Positions 15,713 to 27,384 of a stretch of DNA of 32,000 bases are shown one piece after another. Origin of the DNA: Amycolatopsis sp. NPDC057786 (GTDB lineage: Bacteria; Actinomycetota; Actinomycetes; Mycobacteriales; Pseudonocardiaceae). The stretch spans positions 50,374 to 82,373 of the forward strand of contig NZ_JBHVKW010000012.1 in the NCBI RefSeq assembly GCF_042797905.1, in the 5' to 3' direction. A program made the translations under genes and the position numbers. The number at the start of each line of letters is the position of its first letter. The first letter of the stretch is position 1. The notes below the pieces were generated by a model, which saw only the letters and a list, made by a program, of their open reading frames with translations, had not been told where the DNA came from and did not search any database.

Positions 15713-17652
15713 CACCGCGGCGCCGTCGTGACCGGCCGCGGGCCCGAGCCCTCCGGCCACCGCACCGGCATCCCCTGGTGCACGCCGTTCATGAAGCGCT
15801 GCCACAGGTCGGCCGGGATGGTCCGGCCGGTCAGTTTCTCCCCGGCGGCGTCCCGCATCCGGCGCGGCTCGTCGGCGCCGACCCAGACCGCGGTCGCGAG
15901 TTGCGGCGTGTACCCGACCGCCCAGCCGCCGGCGTTGTCGTCCGTCTCGTTGTACTGGAACTCGCCGGTCTTCAGTGCCGCCGGGCGGTCCTTCAGCCCG
16001 GTGGCGAGCACCTGGTTCATCGTGCCCGCGATCCGGCGGCTCAGCGCCTCGTCGTCCTCGAACGCGGGCGCCCTGTCCGACGGCCGTTCCCACACGATTT
16101 CGCCGTTCTCGTCCCGGATCTTCGACACCAGATGCGGGGTGGCGCGCAGGCCGTCGGCGGCGAAGGTCGCGTAGGCGCCGGCCATGTCGCTGGGGCGCAA
16201 GGGATACCGGCCGACCGCGATCCCCGGGCCGATCAGGAAACCGTCCTTCTCCCGCAACGTCACCACGCCGTCGACGGCCTCGGGGATCCCCGCCGCGCGG
16301 GCGCCTTCGCGGACCGCTTCCGCGCCGAGTTTCTTCGCCAGGTCGACGAACGGACCCTGCGCTCCCCGTCCCATCGCCTCGCGCAGCGTGCACTTCCCGG
16401 CTTCACCGCACTGATCCTCGAATGTGAAGTTTTCGCCGAGGAAGTCGACCTCCGCGGGCGCCTTGAGCGGTTCGTCCACGCCGACGCCCCGTTCGAGACC
16501 GGCGGCGAGGATGAACGGCTGGAAGGCGGAGCCGGTGCCGTACGGGGTGCCGGCGTAGTCGTGCACGCTCCAGCCACCGCCGTTGTAGGCGCGGATGGCG
16601 CCGGTCCCGGGTTCGACGGCGACCAGCGACGCGCGGAAGTGCTCCGGCTGCCCCTTCAACCGCTCCTTGACCGCTTTCTCGGCTTCGGCCTGCGCTCGCG
16701 GATCAATGGTCGTCTCGACCTTCATCGCGCCGCCGCGGAGCCGGTCGAGCGGGTAGCCGACCTGTTCCAGTTCCGCGAGGACCTGCTGCTTGATGTGGTA
16801 CTGCTCGTAGGTCACGCGACCGGCCCTGGTCTCCGACGGCGCCTGGATCGCGTCCTCCGGATAGGTCATGGCGACCGCTTCGGCCTGGCTCACGTAGCCG
16901 CGCGAGACCAGTTTGTTCACCACGTAGGACCAGCGTTTCCTCGCGTGCTCGTGGCTGGAGGCGTACGGATCGTGCACCGAGGGTGACTGGATCATGCCCG
17001 CGAGGAACGCCGCCTCGCTCCAGGTCATCGAGTCGTCGAGCTTGCGGCCGAAGTAGGCGTTCATCGCCGACGCCGGGCCGTAGGTGCCGCGGCCGAACGA
17101 GATGATGTTGACGTAACTCTCGAAGATCTCCTTCTTGGTCTGCTGCTGGGTGATCTTCGTGGCGAGCACCAGCTCGGAGAACTTGCGGGTGAGGGTGGCG
17201 TCCTCGTTGCCGGTGGACTTCTTGATGTACTGCTGGGTGATCCCCGAACCGCCGCCGACGCCGGTCACCAGCGCGCGGCCGAGCCCGGTGAGGTCGAAGC
17301 CCTCGTTGTCCCAGAAGGTCGGGTCCTCGGTCGCGACGATCGCGTCGCGCAGTTTCGCGGGGACGGTGTCGTACGGCACGAACAGCCGGTCGCCGCCGGG
17401 CGGGACCACCTTGAGCAGTTCGGAACCGTCGGCGTTCTGCAGGACGACGGTCTTGTCGAGGTCGGCGAGGACCTCTTGCGGGCTGCGGACGTCGAGCAGG
17501 AGGTACGCGAGCCCGAACGCGACGACGGGGATGCCGACGAGCAGGCCGAGCGTCCAGGCGGCGATCCGTCGCCACCTGCGCTTCTTGCCCTTCGGCTCGG
17601 GAGTGGCCGTGGTCTCCGACTCGGGTGCGTCTGCCTCATCCGGGTTCTCCAC
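15712..17652 (-). CDS. Class A penicillin-binding-protein-like bifunctional enzyme: intact GT51 transglycosylase domain, transpeptidase domain with degenerate active-site motifs
   Basis: An N-terminal TM anchor is followed by the GT51 motifs EDPTFWDNEGFD, GGSGITQQ, RKFSE and KKEIFESYVN. In the TP domain, KTG is present (ALKTGE). The SxxK position reads SAFQ (in GSAFQPFILAAGLE) and the SxN position reads GAQ (in TLREAMGRGAQGPF). Confidence 0.8.
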   Translation of the reverse strand: MENPDEADAPESETTATPEPKGKKRRWRRIAAWTLGLLVGIPVVAFGLAYLLLDVRSPQEVLADLDKTVVLQNADGSELLKVVPPGGDRLFVPYDTVPAKLRDAIVATEDPTFWDNEGFDLTGLGRALVTGVGGGSGITQQYIKKSTGNEDATLTRKFSELVLATKITQQQTKKEIFESYVNIISFGRGTYGPASAMNAYFGRKLDDSMTWSEAAFLAGMIQSPSVHDPYASSHEHARKRWSYVVNKLVSRGYVSQAEAVAMTYPEDAIQAPSETRAGRVTYEQYHIKQQVLAELEQVGYPLDRLRGGAMKVETTIDPRAQAEAEKAVKERLKGQPEHFRASLVAVEPGTGAIRAYNGGGWSVHDYAGTPYGTGSAFQPFILAAGLERGVGVDEPLKAPAEVDFLGENFTFEDQCGEAGKCTLREAMGRGAQGPFVDLAKKLGAEAVREGARAAGIPEAVDGVVTLREKDGFLIGPGIAVGRYPLRPSDMAGAYATFAADGLRATPHLVSKIRDENGEIVWERPSDRAPAFEDDEALSRRIAGTMNQVLATGLKDRPAALKTGEFQYNETDDNAGGWAVGYTPQLATAVWVGADEPRRMRDAAGEKLTGRTIPADLWQRFMNGVHQGMPVRWPEGSGPRPVTTAPR

Positions 17653-17708
17653 GCCAGGTTAGACGCCCGAACGAGTGAAAAGGTTGTGGGAAAATCACCG
17701 AATCGCGT

Positions 17709-17787
17709 CCGGCCCCCGCATTTCGTCCTCTGAATGCGGTAGTTGGCATCACGAACCACCGCATTCAGAGGACGAAATGCGGGCCGG
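17709..17787. repeat. Long palindromic element of the GTCCTCT family (perfect 26-bp arms); probable terminator of the GntR gene
   Basis: 17715-17740 (cccgcatttcgtcctctgaatgcggt) is the exact reverse complement of 17758-17783. The loop is 17 nt. Pairing extends with a 2-nt bulge to 17709/17787. Each arm can also fold on its own (ccgcatt/aatgcgg). Confidence 0.85.
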
Positions 17788-18510
17788 TCAGGCGAGGAAC
17801 GCGCGAAGCAGCGAAGCGGTCCCTTCGACGTGCTCCGTCATCGCCCGGCGGGCCGCTTCGGAGTCCCCGGCGAGGATCGCGTCGACGATCGCCTCGTGCT
17901 GGGCGTTGGAGTGCTCCAGATTCGGTTCGAGCAGCGGGATCATGTCGAGCAGCTGGTTGACCCGCATCCGCGCGTCGGCCATCGCCGTGGTGAGCGATCC
18001 GGACGCGGTGACCTCGGCGATCGCCAGGTGCAGCCGCGAGTCCTTGCGGCGGTAGTCGCCGACGTCGGCCGCCGCGGCCTCGGCGAGTGTGCTGGTCAGA
18101 TGCTGGCGGTCGGCCGGGCTGAGCGAACGCGAGGCCGCCATCTCGGCGGCGCCGGTCTCCAGGACGTGCCGCAGGCCGAGCGCGTCCTCCAGGGTGGCGT
18201 TGTCGACCTTGCGTCCCTCTGCGGCGGGCGGGTCGGGCAGGACGTCGTTGACGAATGTGCCGCCGTACCGCCCGCGCCGCGACTCGACGTACCCCGCGTC
18301 GGACAGCGCGCGGATGGCCTCACGCAGCGTCACCCGGCTGACCCCGAGCCGCTCGGCGAGTTCGCGTTCCGAAGGCAGCCGCTCCCCCGCGCCCACCACG
18401 CCCAGCCGGATGGCCTGGAGCAGCCTTTCGACGGTCTCCTCGAAGGCGTTGCCCGCGCGCACCGGGCGGAACAGCGCGTCACCCGCGTTCGCGACCGTGC
18501 TCGACTCCAC
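17788..18510 (-). CDS. GntR-family transcriptional regulator, FadR subfamily (FCD ligand-binding domain)
   Basis: The wHTH is LPSERELAERLGVSRVTLREAIRAL. The all-helical C-terminal domain has the His/Asp pattern typical of FCD domains (DSRLHLAI, EHEAIVDAILAGD). The start codon is GTG and the RBS is weak. Confidence 0.8.
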   Translation of the reverse strand: MESSTVANAGDALFRPVRAGNAFEETVERLLQAIRLGVVGAGERLPSERELAERLGVSRVTLREAIRALSDAGYVESRRGRYGGTFVNDVLPDPPAAEGRKVDNATLEDALGLRHVLETGAAEMAASRSLSPADRQHLTSTLAEAAAADVGDYRRKDSRLHLAIAEVTASGSLTTAMADARMRVNQLLDMIPLLEPNLEHSNAQHEAIVDAILAGDSEAARRAMTEHVEGTASLLRAFLA

Positions 18511-18525
18511 TCTTCGAGTTTAGGC

Positions 18526-18595
18526 GGCCCGCAATTCGTCCTCGGGATGCGGTACTTGCGTGTGCAACTACCGCATCGCGAGGACTAAAGGCGAG
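18526..18595. repeat. Degenerate second copy of the long GTCCTCT-family palindromic element
   Basis: The left arm 18530-18554 (cgcaattcgtcctcgggatgcggta) pairs imperfectly with 18569-18593 (19 of 25 by my count). The left arm matches the 17715-17745 arm at about 26 of 31 positions, including the flanking GGTAnTTG. Confidence 0.65.
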
Positions 18596-18598
18596 GGG

Positions 18599-19972
18599 TC
18601 AGCATTCGATGACATTCACGGCGAGGCCGCCGCGCGAGGTCTCCTTGTACTTCACGCTCATGTCGGCGCCGGTCTCACGCATCGTCTTGATCGCCTTGTC
18701 CAGCGTCACGATGTGCGAACCGTCGCCGCGCATCGCCATCCGCGCGGCGTGGATCGCCTTCGACGCGCCGACGGCGTTGCGCTCGATGCACGGGATCTGC
18801 ACCAGCCCGCCGACCGGGTCGCAGGTCAGCCCCAGGTGGTGCTCGACGCCGATCTCGGCGGCGTTCTCCACCTGCGCGGGTGAACCACCGAGGACCTCGG
18901 TGAGTCCGGCGGCGGCCATGGCGCTGGCCGAACCGACCTCACCCTGGCAGCCGACCTCGGCACCCGAGATCGAGCCCGTCTGCTTGAGGATCGAGCCGAT
19001 CGCGCCCGCGGTGAGCATGAACGTCACGATGCCGTCGTCCGACGAGCCACGGATGAACCGCTGGTAGTAGTGCAGAACGGCCGGGATGATCCCCGCCGCG
19101 CCGTTGGTCGGCGCGGTGACGACGCGGCCGCCTGCGGCGTTCTCCTCGTTGACCGCCAGCGCGTACAGGCTCACCCAGTCCATCGCGTACAGCGGGTCGC
19201 CGACGCCGTCCTCGGCGAGCAGCTTCTCGTGCAACGCCTTCGCGCGGCGCGGCACTTTCAGCCCGCCCGGCAGAACACCCTCGTGCTCGCACCCGTTGCG
19301 CACGCATTCCGCCATGACCTGCCAGATCTCCAGCAGCCCTTCGCGAACTTCCTCACGCGTGCGCCACGAAAGCTCGTTGCGCAGCATGATCTCGCTGATC
19401 GGCAGCCCGGTGTCCTCGCAGTGCTTCAGCAGATCCGCGCCGGTACGGAACGGGAACTCCAGCCGCGTCGAGTCCTCGACGACGACAGTGTCGGTCTCGT
19501 AGGACTCATCGCGCACGAACCCGCCGCCGACCGAGTAGTAGGTCCGCTCGCGCAGCACCTTCCCATCGGCGTCGAAGGCACGGAAGATCATCCCGTTCGG
19601 GTGCGCCGGCAAGGACTTCCGCCGGTGCATGGTCAGATCGCTGTCCTCGGTGAACACGATCTCGTGCTCACCGCGCAGCTTCAGCAGGCAGGATTCGCGG
19701 ATCTCCGCGATCTTGCCGGGCACCGTGTCGGTGTCGATGTCCTCCGGACGCTCCCCCGACAGCCCGAGCAGCACGGCCTTGTCACTGCCGTGGCCGAACC
19801 CGGTCGCGCCCAGCGAACCGAAAAGCTCGCTCTGGACGCGCGTCGTGGCCGTCAGGTCGCCGTCGGCGGCCAGACCGTCCACAAAGGTCAGTGCGGCGCG
19901 CATCGGGCCCACCGTATGGGAGCTGGAGGGGCCGATGCCGATCGAAAACAGGTCGAAGACGCTGATCGCCAT
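18599..19972 (-). CDS. sdaA: L-serine ammonia-lyase (iron-sulfur-dependent, single-chain)
   Basis: The N-terminus [24 protein letters not shown] is diagnostic. The C-terminal alpha domain contains the Cys ligands. A strong RBS, AGGAAGGAGGG, lies upstream of the ATG. Confidence 0.9.
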   Translation of the reverse strand: MAISVFDLFSIGIGPSSSHTVGPMRAALTFVDGLAADGDLTATTRVQSELFGSLGATGFGHGSDKAVLLGLSGERPEDIDTDTVPGKIAEIRESCLLKLRGEHEIVFTEDSDLTMHRRKSLPAHPNGMIFRAFDADGKVLRERTYYSVGGGFVRDESYETDTVVVEDSTRLEFPFRTGADLLKHCEDTGLPISEIMLRNELSWRTREEVREGLLEIWQVMAECVRNGCEHEGVLPGGLKVPRRAKALHEKLLAEDGVGDPLYAMDWVSLYALAVNEENAAGGRVVTAPTNGAAGIIPAVLHYYQRFIRGSSDDGIVTFMLTAGAIGSILKQTGSISGAEVGCQGEVGSASAMAAAGLTEVLGGSPAQVENAAEIGVEHHLGLTCDPVGGLVQIPCIERNAVGASKAIHAARMAMRGDGSHIVTLDKAIKTMRETGADMSVKYKETSRGGLAVNVIEC

Positions 19973-19988
19973 TGATCTGCCCTCCTTC

Positions 19989-20990
19989 CTATCTGGCCAG
20001 CAGTGAGCTGGCTTCTTGGGCCGCGGGCCCTTCGGCGGCGAGATGGGCCAAGTTCTCCGACAGCTCTTCGCCGCGGTGGGCCTTCGTCTGCGCGAACAGG
20101 CGACCGGCCCGATACGACGAGCGTACGAGCGGCCCGGCCATCACACCAGCGAAGCCCATCGCCTCGGCGGCGTTCGAGTGCTCGACGAACTCCTCCGGCT
20201 TCACCCACCGATCCACCGGATGATGCCTCGGCGACGGCCGCAGGTACTGGGTGATCGTGAGGATTTCGCAGCCCGCGTCGACCAGGTCCTTCATCGCGGG
20301 CGCGACCTCTTCCGGGGTCTCGCCCATGCCCAGGATCAGGTTCGACTTCGTCACCAGACCCGCCTCACGAGCGTTCGTGATGACCTCCAGCGACCGCGCG
20401 TACCGGAAACCAGGCCGGATCCGCTTGAAGATCCGCGGCACCGTCTCCACGTTGTGCGCCAGCACCTCGGGGCGGGAGCCGAAGACTTCGGCCAGCTGGT
20501 CGGGGTCGGCGTTGAAATCCGGGATCAGCAGCTCGACACCCGTACCCGGATTCAGCGCGTGAATCTGACGCACCGTCTCCGCGTACAGCCACGCGCCACC
20601 GTCTTCCAGATCGTCACGCGCGACACCGGTCACCGTCGAATACCGCAAACCCATGGCCTGCACCGACTCCGCCACCTTGCGCGGCTCGGTGCGATCCAAC
20701 GCCGCAGGCTTGCCCGTATCGATCTGACAGAAGTCGCAACGCCGCGTGCACTGGTCCCCACCGATCAGGAACGTCGCCTCACGGTCCTCCCAGCATTCGT
20801 AGATGTTGGGACAGCCGGCTTCCTCACACACGGTGTGGAGGCCTTCACGCTTGACCAGGCCCTTGAGCTCCGTGAACTCCGGACCCATGCGTGCCCGTGT
20901 CTTGATCCACGACGGCTTCTTCTCGATCGGGGTTTGCGCGTTGCGGACTTCCAGCCGGAGAAGTTTGCGCCCCTCGGGGAGCGCGCTCAT
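19989..20990 (-). CDS. lipA: Lipoyl synthase (radical SAM)
   Basis: [12 protein letters not shown] is the auxiliary cluster motif and CTRRCDFC is the radical-SAM CxxxCxxC motif. The C-terminal RSSY motif is present. Its ATG overlaps the glyA stop (ATGA). Confidence 0.9.
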   Translation of the reverse strand: MSALPEGRKLLRLEVRNAQTPIEKKPSWIKTRARMGPEFTELKGLVKREGLHTVCEEAGCPNIYECWEDREATFLIGGDQCTRRCDFCQIDTGKPAALDRTEPRKVAESVQAMGLRYSTVTGVARDDLEDGGAWLYAETVRQIHALNPGTGVELLIPDFNADPDQLAEVFGSRPEVLAHNVETVPRIFKRIRPGFRYARSLEVITNAREAGLVTKSNLILGMGETPEEVAPAMKDLVDAGCEILTITQYLRPSPRHHPVDRWVKPEEFVEHSNAAEAMGFAGVMAGPLVRSSYRAGRLFAQTKAHRGEELSENLAHLAAEGPAAQEASSLLAR

Positions 20991-22255
20991 CGGTTGAGGT
21001 CCGCGTACAGCGGGTGCTTCTTGGCCAGCAGCTCGACACGGGCGGACAGCGACTGGCGCAGGTCCTCGTCGAAGTCCGGGCGCAGCGCCTCGGCGATGAT
21101 GTCGGCGACCTCGGCGAAGTCCTCGGCGCCGAAGCCGCGGGTCGCGAGCGCCGGGGTGCCGATCCGCAGGCCGGAGGTGACCATCGGCGGACGCGGGTCG
21201 AACGGAACGGCGTTGCGGTTGACCGTGATGCCGACCGAGTGCAGCCGGTCCTCGGCCTGCTGACCGTCCAAAGTGGAGTTGACCAGATCGACGAGCACCA
21301 GGTGCACGTCGGTACCGCCGGTCAGCACGCGGACACCGGCTTCGGTGCAGTCCGTGCGCGAAAGGCGGTCGGCCAGGATCTTCGCGCCTTCGAGCACCCG
21401 CTGCTGGCGCTCGCGGAACTCCTCGCTCGCGGCGATCTTGAGCGCGACGGCCTTGGCGGCGATGACGTGCTCCAGCGGACCGCCCTGCTGACCGGGGAAC
21501 ACCGCAGAGTTGATCTTCTTGGCGAGTTCCTGGCGGGACAGGATGATGCCGCCGCGCGGGCCGCCGAGGGTCTTGTGCGTGGTCGTGGTGACGATGTCCG
21601 CGTACGGCACCGGGCTCGGGTGCAGGCCCGCGGCGACGAGACCGGCGAAGTGCGCCATGTCGACCATGACCTTCGCGCCGACCTCGTCGGCGATGCGGCG
21701 GAACTCGGCGAAGTCGAGCTGACGCGGGTACGCCGACCAGCCGGCGATGATCAGCTTCGGCTTGTGCTCCTTGGCGAGGCGCTCGATCTCCTCGACGTCG
21801 ACGATCCCGGTCTCCTTGTCGACGTGGTAGGCGACGACGTTGTAGAGCTTGCCCGAGAAGTTGATCTTCATCCCGTGGGTCAGGTGCCCGCCGTGCGCGA
21901 GGTCGAGACCGAGGATGGTGTCGCCGGGGTTGAGCACCGCGACCATGGCGGCGGCGTTGGCCTGCGCGCCCGAATGCGGCTGGACGTTGGCGTGCTCGGC
22001 GCCGAACAGGGCCTTCGCGCGGTCGATCGCCAGCTGCTCGATGACGTCGACGTGCTCGCAGCCGCCGTAGTAGCGGCGGCCGGGGTAGCCCTCGGCGTAC
22101 TTGTTGGTCAGCACCGAACCCTGCGCCTCCAGCACGCCCACCGGGGCGAAGTTCTCCGAGGCGATCATCTCCAGGGTCGACTGCTGCCGGTCGAGCTCGG
22201 CCGCGACGGCGGTGGCGACCTCGGGGTCCACTTCGGACAGGGCAGCGTTGAACAT
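20987..22255 (-). CDS. glyA: Serine hydroxymethyltransferase
   Basis: Carries [24 protein letters not shown] and [14 protein letters not shown] (PLP lysine). It starts 1 nt after the gcvH stop. Confidence 0.92.
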   Translation of the reverse strand: MFNAALSEVDPEVATAVAAELDRQQSTLEMIASENFAPVGVLEAQGSVLTNKYAEGYPGRRYYGGCEHVDVIEQLAIDRAKALFGAEHANVQPHSGAQANAAAMVAVLNPGDTILGLDLAHGGHLTHGMKINFSGKLYNVVAYHVDKETGIVDVEEIERLAKEHKPKLIIAGWSAYPRQLDFAEFRRIADEVGAKVMVDMAHFAGLVAAGLHPSPVPYADIVTTTTHKTLGGPRGGIILSRQELAKKINSAVFPGQQGGPLEHVIAAKAVALKIAASEEFRERQQRVLEGAKILADRLSRTDCTEAGVRVLTGGTDVHLVLVDLVNSTLDGQQAEDRLHSVGITVNRNAVPFDPRPPMVTSGLRIGTPALATRGFGAEDFAEVADIIAEALRPDFDEDLRQSLSARVELLAKKHPLYADLNR

Positions 22256-22256
22256 C

Positions 22257-22634
22257 TCAGTTCTCCTGGGTCAGGACGGCGTAAGCCTGGGCGTCGAGCA
22301 GGGCGGGCACGTCGCCGGACAGACGCACCTTCAGGAGCCATCCTTCGGCGTACGGGTCCGAGTTGATGAGCTCGGGGGTGTCCGTTGTGGCCTCGTTCAC
22401 CTCGACGACCTCGCCGTCCACGGGTGCGTACAGCTCGCTGACCGACTTGGTCGACTCGACCTCGCCGAACACCTCGCCCGCGGTGACGGTGTCGCCGACC
22501 GAGGGGAGCTGGACGAACACGATGTCACCGAGCGACTCGGCGGCGAAGGCGGTGATGCCCACGGTGGCGACGCCGTCGGCGACGTTCAGCCACTCGTGTT
22601 CCTTCGTGTACTTCAGGTCCTGGGGGATGCTCAT
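22257..22634 (-). CDS. gcvH: Glycine cleavage system H protein (lipoyl carrier)
   Basis: The 125-aa product begins [16 protein letters not shown], and the lipoyl-lysine motif is [15 protein letters not shown]. The listed ORF (to 22904) extends upstream into gcvT; ATG 22634 is the sensible start. Confidence 0.9.
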   Translation of the reverse strand: MSIPQDLKYTKEHEWLNVADGVATVGITAFAAESLGDIVFVQLPSVGDTVTAGEVFGEVESTKSVSELYAPVDGEVVEVNEATTDTPELINSDPYAEGWLLKVRLSGDVPALLDAQAYAVLTQEN

Positions 22635-22650
22635 GGTGTTCAGGGGCCTT

Positions 22651-23742
22651 TCAGGCGCGGGAGTAGAAGGGCAGGGCGACGACCTCGACGGGCTCGATAC
22701 GACCCCGGATGTCGACGGAAAGCTCGGTGCCGGGCTCGGAGTGTTCCCGGTCCACATAGGCCATGGCGATCGGGTAACCCAGTGTCGGCGAGAGGGCACC
22801 GCTGGTGACCTCGCCGATCTCGGTCTCGCCCGCCAGGACGGTGTAGCCGTGACGCGGCGCGCGGCGGCCGGAGCCCTTGAGCCCCACACGCACGCGGGGA
22901 ACATCCTTTTTGGACAGCTCTTCGAGCGCGGCCCTGCCGACGAAGTCGCCCGGCTTCTCGAACTTGACCACGCGGCCGAGACCGGCCTCGAACGGGCTCA
23001 GCTGGAGGCTGAGTTCGTTGCCGTACAACGGCATTCCGGCTTCGAGACGCAGCGTGTCGCGGCAGGCGAGACCGGCCGGGAGCAGGCCGTGCGGCTCTCC
23101 GGCGTCGGTCAGGATGCGCCAGACGGCGGGAGCCTCACTGGCCGGGACGTACAGCTCGAAGCCGTCCTCGCCGGTGTAGCCGGTGCGGGCGAGCAGGACG
23201 TCGTGCCCCTTCACGACGGCCGGGACGCTCGCGTAGTACTTGAGCGCGCCGAGGTCGGCGTCGGTGACGGCGCTGAGGATCTCGACGGCCTTCGGGCCCT
23301 GGACGGCGATCAGCGCGACGTCCTCGGACTTGTTCTCGACGACCGCGTCGAACCCGGAGACCCGCTCGGCCAGCGCCTGCGCGACCACGTCGGCGTTGCC
23401 CGCGTTGGCCACGACCAGGAACTTCTCGTCGGCGAGGCGATAGACGACCAGGTCGTCCAGCACACCGCCGTTCTCGTCGCAGATCATCGTGTAGCGCGCC
23501 CGGCCCGGCTTGACCCCGGACAGGTTGCCGACCAGCGCGAAGTCGAGGGTGTCGGCCGCCTGCGGGCCGGTCACCTCGATCTCGGCCATGTGGGAGAGGT
23601 CGAACAGGCCCGCGGCCTCGCGGACCGCCTTGTGCTCCGCCAGCTCGCTGGAATAGCGGATCGGCATCGACCAGCCCGCGAAATCGGTGAACAGCGCACC
23701 CAGTCCTTTGTGGACTCCGTGCAGGGACGTCTCTTTCGACAT
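22651..23742 (-). CDS. gcvT: Glycine cleavage system aminomethyltransferase (T protein)
   Basis: Typical GcvT sequence features are present: FAGWSMPIRY, GLFDLSHM, ARTGYTGEDGFE and RDTLRLEAGMPLYG. The start is ATG 23742, with TTG 23745 immediately before it. Confidence 0.9.
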   Translation of the reverse strand: MSKETSLHGVHKGLGALFTDFAGWSMPIRYSSELAEHKAVREAAGLFDLSHMAEIEVTGPQAADTLDFALVGNLSGVKPGRARYTMICDENGGVLDDLVVYRLADEKFLVVANAGNADVVAQALAERVSGFDAVVENKSEDVALIAVQGPKAVEILSAVTDADLGALKYYASVPAVVKGHDVLLARTGYTGEDGFELYVPASEAPAVWRILTDAGEPHGLLPAGLACRDTLRLEAGMPLYGNELSLQLSPFEAGLGRVVKFEKPGDFVGRAALEELSKKDVPRVRVGLKGSGRRAPRHGYTVLAGETEIGEVTSGALSPTLGYPIAMAYVDREHSEPGTELSVDIRGRIEPVEVVALPFYSRA

Positions 23743-23750
23743 CAAGTGCC

Positions 23751-26582
<2,832 letters not shown>

Positions 26583-26624
26583 GGGAGCTCCTTGGGTCAG
26601 GCGCCGGATAGACCGGTGCGCTGG

Positions 26625-26818
26625 GAACTCCCCCTCTGTCATGGCACCTGAGAGTTTCACCACCCGTGAACGGGGTGGCTTTCACCTTGGGTGAGACGCA
26701 CTTGCGCGCCTGCTTTCCAGAGTGGCCTCGCGTGAAGCGGTAGTGGGTACCTGAGAGATTCCGGGGAGTTTGCTCCTTCGGTGCCCCACCACGTTCGTGG
26801 GGGCTCTCCCGCTCCAGC
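26625..26818 (-). promoter_or_regulatory. Tandem (two-aptamer) glycine riboswitch in the gcvP leader
   Basis: On the minus strand, aptamer 1 reads GGGAGAG...CACCGAAGGAGCAA...CTCTCAGG. Aptamer 2 reads CTCTGGAAAG...CACCCAAGGTGAAA...CTCTCAGG..ACAGAGG. Both carry the conserved glycine-aptamer cores. A hairpin gcgc(a)ccgg-tctat-ccggcgc lies between aptamer 2 and the RBS. Confidence 0.9.
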
Positions 26819-26891
26819 TCGACGGCCCTGTCTGAAGTTGTGCGCATACCGTACCTGGCGTGTTCAACGCGCGTCTACTTCCAGCCGAGCA

Positions 26892-27019
26892 CGTCACTTG
26901 CGTGTCCAGAGCCGTCACTCACGTGCTTCAAGTCGTGACTCGCGTGATCGGAGACGGAACTCTTGAGTTACGCCTCCGATCACGCGAGTGACGGCCCCGA
27001 TCACGCGAGTTACGCGTTC
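26892..27019. repeat. Palindromic array of 21-bp phased tandem repeats (locus B), same family as 15599-15712
   Basis: Complement-orientation cores lie at 26899 (tgcgtgtc), 26920 (cacgtgct) and 26941 (cgcgtgat), 21 bp apart. Forward ATCACGCG lies at 26979 and 27000, also 21 bp apart. 26934-26953 pairs with 26974-26993 (20 bp, 1 mismatch). The unit 26999-27019 (gatcacgcgagttacgcgttc) is 20 of 21 identical to 15678-15698. Confidence 0.8.
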
Positions 27020-27384
27020 TCCATCATCATCTCGGCGGTGATGGTGCCGCAGAGCTCGGCGCACCGCATCATCATGTCGGCGGCGTCGGCGAGCTCGGCG
27101 TCACCGGTCCTGGCGCACTCGTCGGCGCACATGCGCATCATCTGGGAGGCGAGGCCGCACATCTTCGCGCACATGCGCATCATCTCGAGGTCGGCGACCA
27201 TGGCGGAGCAGCGCATCATCATGTCGGCGGACATGCGGGACATGTCCGCGCAGGTCACCATCATCATCCCGAGCTTCGCGCCGCCCAGCTCCATGCAGCG
27301 CGTCATCATCTCCTCGCACCGGACGTGGCACTCGTTGCACAGATCGATGCAGTCACGCATGGCGGTGCTCATCTGCCGGGTCAT
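27010..27384 (-). CDS. Met/Cys-rich four-helix-bundle protein, DUF326/Csp3-like putative cytosolic metal (copper) storage protein
   Basis: The 124-aa product has strongly G/C-ending codons on the minus strand, so the + ORF 26963..27697 is its shadow. RBS GGGAGG lies 8 nt upstream. The CxxxCxxCxxxC pattern (C-IDL-C-NE-C-HVR-C) and four helix-length blocks resemble YhjQ/Ccsp/Csp3. There is no signal peptide. Confidence 0.7.
   Translation of the reverse strand: MTRQMSTAMRDCIDLCNECHVRCEEMMTRCMELGGAKLGMMMVTCADMSRMSADMMMRCSAMVADLEMMRMCAKMCGLASQMMRMCADECARTGDAELADAADMMMRCAELCGTITAEMMMENA

Noticed and set aside
26682-26918. A 78-aa minus-strand ORF and other short ORFs overlapping the gcvP leader
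   Set aside because: The region is fully accounted for by the two glycine aptamers and the repeat array. The translation is low-complexity and has no RBS.
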